This document shows, one piece after another, positions 54,924 to 63,235 of a stretch of DNA of 64,000 nt. This DNA is from an uncultured Nitrospiraceae bacterium (GTDB lineage Bacteria; Nitrospirota; Nitrospiria; Nitrospirales; Nitrospiraceae). The notes below the pieces were generated by a model that was not told the origin of the DNA, did no database searches, and saw only the letters and a list, made by a program, of their open reading frames with translations. Position 1 is the stretch's first letter; every line of letters starts with the position of its first letter. Made by a program: the position numbers and the translations under genes. The DNA lies in the NCBI GenBank assembly GCA_963706325.1, contig CAVPLT010000004.1:928001-992000 (forward strand). Reading direction: 5' to 3'.

Positions 54924-55346
54924 ATGATCGTCAACAAATGTGTCTGTGCGTCGGCCGTGCTCATGCTGAGTGCCATAGCATATGGTTGCACCAGTTTGCC
55001 AGAAAGTAGTCGGACAGCAGCGATTCACGACGTGAAGGTGGAGGAAAGACTCTCACCGGGCACAATTCGAGTACAGCCGGGAGACGAGGTCCGCTGGGTG
55101 AACGTCCGGAAGCTGCCGGCCCAAGTGGAAGTTCCCACGGTGACGGCCGATGACCTGTCCTGCCAGCGTGGATTCACCAACTGGATGGGCTCGTTCCGGG
55201 ACATCGCTCGTGTCAAGCCGAATGAAACCGTGGCGCTCTGCTTCAAGAAGCCGGCCGTCATCAATTACAGCGTACGGGCGGAAACGTCACTGGGCGGTGG
55301 CATGCAGGTCTTGCCGGGCACCGTGGAAGTGGGAGGAACTCGATGA
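54924..55346 (+). CDS. cupredoxin-like-fold lipoprotein
   Basis: GAGGAGG precedes the start. Lipobox AYGC and the cupredoxin strand pattern LSPGTIRVQPGDEVRWVN and F.KP...NYSV...GTVEV. Confidence 0.65.
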   Translation: MIVNKCVCASAVLMLSAIAYGCTSLPESSRTAAIHDVKVEERLSPGTIRVQPGDEVRWVNVRKLPAQVEVPTVTADDLSCQRGFTNWMGSFRDIARVKPNETVALCFKKPAVINYSVRAETSLGGGMQVLPGTVEVGGTR

Positions 55347-55405
55347 TGTGAATACGGGTGAGCAGAATGGAAAGGGACTAACGGTCCAATTGATCAATGC
55401 TCCTT

Positions 55406-55455
55406 GACCGAGGCTGTGCCGGGGCGGCTGACGCCCGGCACGCGGTCTTTTGTTT
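55406..55455 (+). terminator. rho-independent terminator
   Basis: GTGCCGGG...CCCGGCAC stem, extended by GACCG/CGGTC, followed by TTTTGTTT. Confidence 0.65.
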
Positions 55456-55643
55456 CACCATGGCGGCGAGCATGAAACACCAAGGTTTGCTGCTCGCCGC
55501 CGACGCGCACCGCCGATGAAGAAAGGGTGGAAGAGCCTGTGATCTCACGCAGATATTCGCGCTGCCCCAGCCGCGCTGAGTATTAAGGCGAATAGATTTG
55601 TAGAAAGAATCGACCTGGAACGACCTGACGGACAGGAGACGCT

Positions 55644-55982
55644 ATGAAAGACATGATCAGGGAGAAGGCGACGACAGCGTTCATTCTTGCGTCGCTGCTG
55701 GCTGTCGGAGTGGTAGCAGGTTCGGCATGGTCGGCGCCTCAACAGGCGGAGCAGGGCTTCGCGTGGAAGGACGGCGCGGAAGTGTATAAGAAGGTCTGCG
55801 CATTGTGTCATGACACGGGCGTCGCTCCGGTCGTATTGGGCCGCGGTCACGACCCCCTCTTTATCCAACTTATCGTGCGCAACGGAAGCCGCGCCATGCC
55901 GGCGTTTCGCGCATCAGAGATCGATGACCACTCACTGGAACAACTTGCCGAGTATGTATCGAAAACAGCGGCCGACAAGTAA
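55644..55982 (+). CDS. pchC: p-cresol methylhydroxylase-type cytochrome c subunit
   Basis: Sec-type signal, WKDGAEVYKKVCALCH, V.P.LGR and IVRNG.RAMPAFRASEIDD. It lies directly upstream of the pchX- and pchF-like genes. Confidence 0.82.
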   Translation: MKDMIREKATTAFILASLLAVGVVAGSAWSAPQQAEQGFAWKDGAEVYKKVCALCHDTGVAPVVLGRGHDPLFIQLIVRNGSRAMPAFRASEIDDHSLEQLAEYVSKTAADK

Positions 55983-55996
55983 GGGGGGCCCCTCCC

Positions 55997-56875
55997 ATGG
56001 AAGTTGATCGACGCAGTTTGATGAAGGGCATGTTGGCGAGCGGGGCGCTCCTCGCATTAGGCACTCCTCCCTGGGCCTTCGGAGAATCGTTTCCGCGCAG
56101 ACCTAGTCAGTGCCTGCTGCTATTGGGCGGGTCAGGCGCGGACGATTGGTTCAGGAGCGGCGCGGGAGCAGCTGCGACCGGCATGACATATGAGGACCTG
56201 CAGACCGTGAAGCTGAAAGGCGGCCTTCTGACGGATACAGACCGCGTGGTCACGTTGCTGAAGCAATCACGAGGGGCAAGGTTGATTGCCGTCATGGACG
56301 ATGCCGGTGCGGTGATTTTTCTTGAACTGGCCCGCACTGCAGGTGTCCGGTTGCTCTCCATGGGTACCCATGCCTGCTCGACCGATGCGGCCTCGCCGCT
56401 TCGCCATGCCTGGGGTTCGACATCACCAGTTCATAGCGCCGGTGGATTACTGGCATCACAGCTCCTTCAGCGCCAGGGCAGTTTTTCCATTACGGAAAGT
56501 TTTATCGAGGAATCACCGGAGCAAAGTGTTTTGACAAGCTGGTCTGCACCGGGATTTTCCTCCTATCGCTTCACAGCGCCGGACGCGGCCCACATGCACT
56601 GTTCCGGTCTCTCACTCCCGGAGGGCGGCCGGTTGCTCGGTCTGGAAACAACCGAGGGGTGGGTCTCCATCCCACAGCATGCATGCAGACGTGATTCCGT
56701 CACATGTCAGCCGGAGAACTGGGTGGAATCCGTAGGGTATGCCGTGACCGCTTCGGCGCTTGGCGTGGACTCAGTCAGGGAATCCTGTTCAGAGCGCGCC
56801 TTCGTGCATCAGTCGCGGAACGGCGAGCTGATACGGCCGATGGAAAGGTTTGTCTCTTTCGTGATGGACATCTAG
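55997..56875 (+). CDS. Tat-signal accessory protein, PchX-like
   Basis: Twin-arginine VDRRSLMKG plus a hydrophobic stretch, RLIAVMDDAGAVIFLELAR and a C-terminal VSFVMDI. Located between pchC and pchF. Confidence 0.6.
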   Translation: MEVDRRSLMKGMLASGALLALGTPPWAFGESFPRRPSQCLLLLGGSGADDWFRSGAGAAATGMTYEDLQTVKLKGGLLTDTDRVVTLLKQSRGARLIAVMDDAGAVIFLELARTAGVRLLSMGTHACSTDAASPLRHAWGSTSPVHSAGGLLASQLLQRQGSFSITESFIEESPEQSVLTSWSAPGFSSYRFTAPDAAHMHCSGLSLPEGGRLLGLETTEGWVSIPQHACRRDSVTCQPENWVESVGYAVTASALGVDSVRESCSERAFVHQSRNGELIRPMERFVSFVMDI

Positions 56876-56898
56876 CAACTGACGCGGGATCACATCAA

Positions 56899-57025
56899 GC
56901 AGGATGTTCAAACTGGCCGTCCAGCGAGGCCGCAGCTAGGGGAAGAAACGAGGCGTCCTCCACTTTGTACGTAGCGTTTCTGACCGACGCGAGAACAAAG
57001 CTGGAGGACAGTTTCAAGATTCTGC
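56899..57025. repeat. about 127-bp REP/MITE-like element with imperfect terminal inverted repeats
   Basis: The 5' end is GCAGGATGTTCAAACTGGCCGTCCAGC and the reverse complement of the 3' end is GCAGAATCTTGAAACTGTCCTCCAGC (14/17 matches in the outer part). It resembles a dispersed repeat I recall from Nitrospira genomes. Confidence 0.65.
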
Positions 57026-57039
57026 CAGGAGGATAAAGA

Positions 57040-58611
57040 ATGGCCAGCAAATATATCGCCCTCCCGAAGCGTGTCTCCGAGGAAACGTTTGATGCTGCGG
57101 TCAAGGAATTTCGCGCGGTCCTGGGTGAGGCCAACGTGCTCACAAAAGCGGAGCAGCTTGCGCCCTATTCCAAAGTCATGATGCCCGTGCCGGATGCCAA
57201 TCACACGCCCTCTGCCGCGATCCTGGCGACGACTGTGGAACAGATCCAGAGGATCGTGGGCATCTGCAACAAATATAAGGTTCCGATTTGGACCATCTCG
57301 ACCGGAAAAAACCTGGGCTACGGTTCTGCGGCTCCGGCCGAGCGGGGGCAGGTAGTGCTCGATCTGCATCGCATGAACCGCATCCTCGAAGTCGATGGCG
57401 ACCTGTGCTACGCCCTCGTGGAACCGGGCGTCACCTATAGGCAGCTCTACGACTATTTCCAAGAACATAAGTTGGCGCTCTGGCTCTCCGTGCCGGCGCC
57501 CTCCGCCATTGCCGGACCGACCGGCAATACGTTGGACCGGGGGGTCGGGTATACGCCTTACGGGGAGCATTTCATGAACGCCTGCGGCATGGAAGTGGTC
57601 CTGGCGAACGGGGAGGTCTTGCGCACGGGCATGGGATCGGTGCCCAATTCCAACACCTGGCAGTCTTTTAAGTGGGGCTATGGTCCTTACTTGGATGGAA
57701 TCTTTACCCAGTCCAACTACGGCATCGTCACCAAATTCGGTTTTTGGCTTCAGCCGGCGCCCCCGGTGTTCAAGCCGTTCATGATTCAATATCAAAACGA
57801 AGAAGATGTGGTGGAAATCGTCGAGACCATGCGCCCTCTCCGCCTGAATGGTGTCATCCCCAATTCAGGGGTGATCGCGCATGCGCTGTACGAGGCGCCG
57901 TTGAAGGCCAAGCGGAGCGATTATGTCACCGGGCCCGGTTCGATCTCGGATGAAGCCGTTCGCCGCCTGGTGAAGGATCATAACATGGGCATCTGGAACG
58001 TCACGGCCGCGCTGTATGGCACGCAAGAGCAGGTGGATGTGAACTGGAAAATTGTGACCGCCGCCTTCGGCAAATCCGGGAAGGCGAAATTCCTGACGCA
58101 GGAAGACGTGGGGGATGATCCTCAATTCGGCTATCGGGCCGTCCTGATGCGCGGCGGCATGGACATGCGGGAATTCAACCTCTACAACTGGCGCGGCGGG
58201 GGTGGCTCCTTATGGTTTGCGCCGGTTTCGCAAGCGCGCGGGAGCGAGACGCTCAAGCAGGTGACACTCGCCAAGCAGATCCTAGGTCGGCATGGGCTCG
58301 ATTACACCGGTGAATTCATCGTCGGCATGCGGGACATGCACCATATCCTCGACATGGTCTTTGACCGCACGGATCCCGCCATGACCAAGGCCGCGTACCA
58401 GTGTTTCGATGAATTGGTGAGCGAGTTTTCAGCGCAAGGTTACGGCACGTATCGCGTCAATACCGCGTTTATGGACAAGGTGGCCCACACCTACGGTCAG
58501 GTGCAGCGCAACGTCCATAGGACGCTCAAGAAAGCCTTGGACCCGAATGGAATTCTTGCGCCTGGGAAATCCGGCATACGAATTGCCGACAACGATAAGC
58601 CGATCTCATGA
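57040..58611 (+). CDS. pchF: 4-cresol dehydrogenase (hydroxylating) flavoprotein subunit, VAO/PCMH family
   Basis: ISTGKNLGYGSAAP, VEPGVTY, GNTLDRGVGYTPYGEH, CGMEVVLANG.V.RTGMG, KWGYGPYLDG.FTQSNYG, LYNWRGGGG (covalent-FAD Tyr context) and DPNGILAPGKSGI. Confidence 0.9.
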   Translation: MASKYIALPKRVSEETFDAAVKEFRAVLGEANVLTKAEQLAPYSKVMMPVPDANHTPSAAILATTVEQIQRIVGICNKYKVPIWTISTGKNLGYGSAAPAERGQVVLDLHRMNRILEVDGDLCYALVEPGVTYRQLYDYFQEHKLALWLSVPAPSAIAGPTGNTLDRGVGYTPYGEHFMNACGMEVVLANGEVLRTGMGSVPNSNTWQSFKWGYGPYLDGIFTQSNYGIVTKFGFWLQPAPPVFKPFMIQYQNEEDVVEIVETMRPLRLNGVIPNSGVIAHALYEAPLKAKRSDYVTGPGSISDEAVRRLVKDHNMGIWNVTAALYGTQEQVDVNWKIVTAAFGKSGKAKFLTQEDVGDDPQFGYRAVLMRGGMDMREFNLYNWRGGGGSLWFAPVSQARGSETLKQVTLAKQILGRHGLDYTGEFIVGMRDMHHILDMVFDRTDPAMTKAAYQCFDELVSEFSAQGYGTYRVNTAFMDKVAHTYGQVQRNVHRTLKKALDPNGILAPGKSGIRIADNDKPIS

Positions 58612-58723
58612 CGGAGTGGGGCGTTCGCTAAGCCAGTGATTCTGGCTCGACAATTCGGCATCACACTTGCTGGTCACTAGATCGGGCGATCGCAAATGCT
58701 TTGGCCTGCGAAGGAGCAACCAG

Positions 58724-59855
58724 ATGACCAACAAACAGAACGTCCATACCAGAGAGATCAAGGCGGCGGTCATTCGCAAGAAGGGCGGGCCATTCCAGAT
58801 AGAAACGCTCACATTGGAAGAGCCGCGTCCCGACGAGGTGTTAGTTCGGATCGTGGCGACCGGGATGTGCCACACCGACATGGTCGCCCGCGATCAGCTC
58901 TATACCGTACCGATGCCGGTCGTACTCGGACACGAAGGGGCCGGCGTCGTCGAACAGGTCGGCGGCAACGTCAAGAAAATCGCAACGGGCGACCATGTGG
59001 TGTTGACCTATATGTGGTGCGGCCATTGCAAACCCTGCCTGAACGGCCACTTGACCTACTGCCAGAACTTCTACCCTCTGAATTTCGGCGGCGCACGCGA
59101 GGATGGGAGTACCGCGACCCATGATAGTCAGGGGGCGGTCCATGACCACTTCTTCGGTCAATCGTCGTTCGGGACGTTTGCGCTCGTCCATGAGCGCAAC
59201 GTGGTCAAGGTCCCGAACACCGCGCCGCTTGAACTACTCGGTCCACTCGGCTGCGGCATCCAAACCGGCGCCGGGCGCCGTGATGAATGCATTGAAGGTC
59301 AGACCAGGCAGCAGCTTCGCTACGTTCGGAGGAGGCGCCGTCGGTTTGAGCGCCGTGATGGCGGCGCGTGTGGCGGGCGCGACGACCATTATCGCAGCGG
59401 ATGTCGTACCGTCACGCCTCGCGCTGGCCAAGGAACTTGGAGCGACCCATACCGTCAACAGCCGCGAAACCGATCCGATCGAGGCCGTGCGAAAGATCAC
59501 CGGCGGCGGCGCCGATTTCACGCTCGAATCGAGCGGTCGTCCTGAGGTGCTGCGGCAGGCCATCGACGCGCTGGCGATCTGCGGGACCTGCGGCATCGTC
59601 GGGGCGCCGGCGTTGGGCACCGAAGCCAGCTTCGATGTGAACGGGGTCATGACGACCGGCAAGCGCATTATCGGGATTATCGAAGGCGACAGCGTTCCGG
59701 ATCTTTTTATTCCAAGCCTCGTGGAGCTGCATGCGCAGGGGCGTTTTCCGTTCGACAAGCTGGTGAAATTTTACAGCCTCGATCAGATCAATCAGGCGGC
59801 GGAAGACAGCGAGAAGGGCATCACGATTAAGCCGATTGTCCGTCTAGGTTCGTGA
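58724..59855 (+). CDS. Zn-dependent aryl/benzyl-alcohol dehydrogenase (XylB-like; frameshift near 59274)
   Basis: GMCHTD, GHEGAG, CGHCKPC...[21 protein letters not shown] and GGGAVG. One extra G in GCCGGGCGCC splits the ORF. Confidence 0.88.
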
Positions 59856-59929
59856 CAGCCACATTGAAACGCGAGCTTGGCTGCGAGGATTGCCGCTGTC
59901 TGACGGTCTTCAATATGAAGGGAGTGACC

Positions 59930-60454
59930 ATGCAATTCAGTCAATACATCCTACCGACCGTCACTCTGGTCATCATGAGCGTGGGATTCTTCGGCAGCGC
60001 CGAGGCCAAGACCATCGAGGCGGGCGAGGCGACCGCGAGCTGGAACGGCACCGGAGTCATTGAGGATCTGGGAGATGGTGAGAGGATCTTCAGAGGCATG
60101 ATCAACGGGACGATGTTCATTCGGCATCCCGATGGAGCCGCGCACACGCGGATTCATGCGGCGAAAATCGACTGTCAGGCCACCGTTCGTCTGAGTGAAA
60201 ATAGCGAGGAACACCAGAGCGCCCTCTGCATGACGAGCGCGAACGAGGGCAAGGATGTCGCCTATGGAGAAATGCGATGTGTCGGGAAAAAAGATGAGTG
60301 CAAAGGCGAATTCACGTTTTCCTGGGGACGAGGCGCCTTCAAAGGTATCACGGGAACGACACCGTTCGTGGGCGGCATCAATATCGAAAAAACGGCAGAT
60401 GGCCGGATTTACGGCTATGCCGCATGGCCTCAGATGACCTATTCTCTGCCGTAA
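59930..60454 (+). CDS. secreted beta-rich hypothetical protein with four Cys
   Basis: AAGGGAG plus ATG, signal peptide ending AEA, alternating beta-strand pattern and a GEFTFSWGRGAFKGITG motif. Confidence 0.7.
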   Translation: MQFSQYILPTVTLVIMSVGFFGSAEAKTIEAGEATASWNGTGVIEDLGDGERIFRGMINGTMFIRHPDGAAHTRIHAAKIDCQATVRLSENSEEHQSALCMTSANEGKDVAYGEMRCVGKKDECKGEFTFSWGRGAFKGITGTTPFVGGINIEKTADGRIYGYAAWPQMTYSLP

Positions 60455-60572
60455 AGTCAGCACTCGTTCGGCTTCGCCTCCGACTTCTCGATCATCCGTC
60501 GCACAGGCGACCGGGTGTCCGCTGCTTGGACTATGCATCCCCGCCTTACCGTGAAAGAGGAGGTTCATTTAC

Positions 60573-62063
60573 ATGAACAGGTCTCATAACAGCGCACCAC
60601 CGGCTCATTACACGGGGTATGACAAGTTATACATCAATGGGCGATGGCAAACTGGTCGATCTTCGCATGTGGTGCGCGTGACCGATCCGTATGACGGCGC
60701 AGTCCTCGCCGACATACCCGGTGCAAGCGAAGACGATCTCAATCAGGCATTTGAATCCGCCAAGCAGGCTCAACGCGCGTGGGCGGCCCGGTCGCCCGGT
60801 GAGAGGGCTCAAGTCCTTCGTCATGCCTACGACATCGTCAAGGCGCGGAAAGACGAGATCTGCGAATGGTCGATCCGTGAATCCGGGAGCGTCGGCATCA
60901 AGGCGGAAATCGAATGGCAGGCGGTGCTGGATATTATGGAACAGGCGGTGGCTGCTCCCTATCGCGTCATCGGTCACATCATGCCGAGCAACATTCCTGG
61001 AAAGGAATGCCGCGTGTACAAGAAGCCCCTAGGCGTCGTGGCGGTTATCGGGCCGTGGGACTTTGCCATGCACCTCTCGAATCGCTCCATAGCGCCCGCT
61101 GTGGCTGTCGGCAATGCGGTCGTTCTCAAGCCAGCCAGCGATACACCCGTCACAGGCGGTCTCATGCTGGCGAAAATTTATGAAGAAGCTGGGCTGCCTG
61201 CCGGAGTCTTCAATGTCGTGGTCGGGTCCGGCTCGGAAATCGGGACCCCGTTCGCCCTACATCCCATTCCGCGTCTGAATTCGTTCACTGGTTCCACGGC
61301 AGTGGGTAGGGAGATCGGCCTGAATAGTATGAAGCGTCCCGTCATCAAGAAGGTCGCGCTCGAACTGGGAGGCAACGGACCGCTGGTGATCCTGGACGAT
61401 GCCGATATGGACGTCGCGGTCAACGCCGCCGTATTCGGAAAATTTATTAACCAAGGCCAGATTTGCATGATTGCCAACCGCATCATTGTGCATCAAGACA
61501 TCCACGATGAGTTTGTGCGTCGATTTGTCGAGCGCGTGAAGCAATTGAAGGTGGGTGACCCCAAGGATCCGAAGACCATTATCGGCCCGATCATCAACCA
61601 GCAGCAGTTCAAGGGAATCATGGCCCACATCGAATCGGCCCGTGAGGAGGGAGCCAAGGAAGTGCTGGGCGGCGCGCCCAAGGGATTGGTGATTCCGCCG
61701 CATATTTTCACGGGTGTCACGATGAAGATGACCATCGCGCGAGAAGAAATCTTCGGTCCCGTTGCTCCCATCATCAAGGTGCGGGATGAAGCCGAAGCTT
61801 TGCGGGTCGCCAACGACACCGATGCCGGACTGACCGGGTCCGTCATCACGCGGGATGAAAATCGGGGGCTCGCGTTTGCGCTTCAAATGGAGGCGGGCAT
61901 GACCCATGTCAACGATCAACCGGTCAATGATCTCGCGAACAATCCGTTCGGCGGCGAAAAGAATAGCGGTCTCGGACGGTTCGGCGGCGACTGGATCATC
62001 GACGAGTTTACCACCGACCAATGGATCACGGTGCAGCACAGCCCTCGGCAGTATCCTTTTTGA
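60573..62063 (+). CDS. pchA: aromatic aldehyde dehydrogenase (4-hydroxybenzaldehyde dehydrogenase PchA-like)
   Basis: LKPASDTPVTGG, SFTGST, LELGGNGP, GQICM, EEIFGP and PFGGEKNSG.GRF. The usual PWN motif reads PWD here. The gene symbol rests partly on operon context. Confidence 0.8.
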   Translation: MNRSHNSAPPAHYTGYDKLYINGRWQTGRSSHVVRVTDPYDGAVLADIPGASEDDLNQAFESAKQAQRAWAARSPGERAQVLRHAYDIVKARKDEICEWSIRESGSVGIKAEIEWQAVLDIMEQAVAAPYRVIGHIMPSNIPGKECRVYKKPLGVVAVIGPWDFAMHLSNRSIAPAVAVGNAVVLKPASDTPVTGGLMLAKIYEEAGLPAGVFNVVVGSGSEIGTPFALHPIPRLNSFTGSTAVGREIGLNSMKRPVIKKVALELGGNGPLVILDDADMDVAVNAAVFGKFINQGQICMIANRIIVHQDIHDEFVRRFVERVKQLKVGDPKDPKTIIGPIINQQQFKGIMAHIESAREEGAKEVLGGAPKGLVIPPHIFTGVTMKMTIAREEIFGPVAPIIKVRDEAEALRVANDTDAGLTGSVITRDENRGLAFALQMEAGMTHVNDQPVNDLANNPFGGEKNSGLGRFGGDWIIDEFTTDQWITVQHSPRQYPF

Positions 62064-62095
62064 GTATCGGCATACGAGACGGGAGTTTGTACCGC

Positions 62096-63235
62096 ATGTC
62101 TAACAGAAGCCGGCCATGCAAAAGCCTTTCGCCGGATACGACTAGAGAGCGCAAACGCCTGGAGGAGGCGTTGGAGGAAAGTGAGGAGAAGTATCGGACG
62201 ATCGTCGAAGGGCAAACCGAACTCATCACCCGATTTCTTCCCGACACAGTATTGACGTTTGTCAATGGAGCGTATTGCCGGTACTTTCGAACAACCCCTG
62301 AGCGAGTGCTCGGTCACAGTGCGCTGTGGATCCTCCCGGAAAGTCAACGTGAGCAAGGGGGGGTCCGCATTGCGTCGCTGCAGACCAATCAACGCGCAGC
62401 GGGCTTCGAACATGAGGTGAGCACGCCCGAGGGAGAACGACGGTGGCTGGAATGGACCGACCAGGCGATTACAGACCAGTATGGTGAGGTTATTGAAATT
62501 CAGTCCATCGGTCGGGACATCACCAAGCAGAAACAAGTGGAGATGACGTTGCGCCAGCTGTCCGGACGGCTGCTCCAGCTCCAAGATGAGGAACGACGGC
62601 GAATCGCGCGCGAGCTACACGACAGTACGGCTCAAAGTCTGGCCGGACTGTCGATGAATCTAGCGGTGATTGAGATGGAGTCCGACGCATTGAGCGATGA
62701 GGCCAGAAAGGCGCTCCGTGAGAGCCTGGCCCTGGCCAAGCACTCGACTCGGGAACTGCGAACGCTCTCGTACCTATTGCATCCGCCGTTGTTGGATGAA
62801 TCGGGGCTGATTTCCGCTGTGCGTTGGTACGTGGACGGCTTCTCGCAACGGAGCGGGGTTCTCGTCGATCTTGTTCTCCCATCCGAATCCTGTCGGTTCC
62901 TGAGAGAAGTGGAGACCGCCCTCTTCAGGATCATGCAAGAATGCCTGTCGAACATTCACAAACATTCAGGAAGTCCGACGGCCAATATACGGCTCGCGTT
63001 CGATGAGTTGCACGTGGTCATGGATATTAGGGATTACGGGAAAGGGATGCCGACCGCTGCTCCGGGAGGAAAAGGCGACAGGACGTCCCCTCTTGGAGTC
63101 GGACTGATGGGGATGCGAGAACGTGTGGGGCAATTGCATGGCAACCTGGATATCCAAGCCGGGAGTTGGGGCACCGCGGTCACGGTCACCCTACCGCTCG
63201 ACGGAGGGGAACAATGGGCACACTTCGAATCTTAA
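62096..63235 (+). CDS. cytoplasmic PAS + HisKA_3 (NarX/UhpB-type) histidine kinase
   Basis: PAS (TFVNGAYC...SIGRDIT), ERRRIARELHDSTAQ, QECLSNIHKHS, DYGKG and GVGLMGMRER. No TM segments. Confidence 0.88.
   Translation: MSNRSRPCKSLSPDTTRERKRLEEALEESEEKYRTIVEGQTELITRFLPDTVLTFVNGAYCRYFRTTPERVLGHSALWILPESQREQGGVRIASLQTNQRAAGFEHEVSTPEGERRWLEWTDQAITDQYGEVIEIQSIGRDITKQKQVEMTLRQLSGRLLQLQDEERRRIARELHDSTAQSLAGLSMNLAVIEMESDALSDEARKALRESLALAKHSTRELRTLSYLLHPPLLDESGLISAVRWYVDGFSQRSGVLVDLVLPSESCRFLREVETALFRIMQECLSNIHKHSGSPTANIRLAFDELHVVMDIRDYGKGMPTAAPGGKGDRTSPLGVGLMGMRERVGQLHGNLDIQAGSWGTAVTVTLPLDGGEQWAHFES

Noticed and set aside
17190..59855. Programmed ribosomal frameshifting or phase variation as the explanation for split genes
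   Set aside because: The break points lack slippery heptamers or long simple repeats and vary in direction. Sequencing error or decay is simpler.
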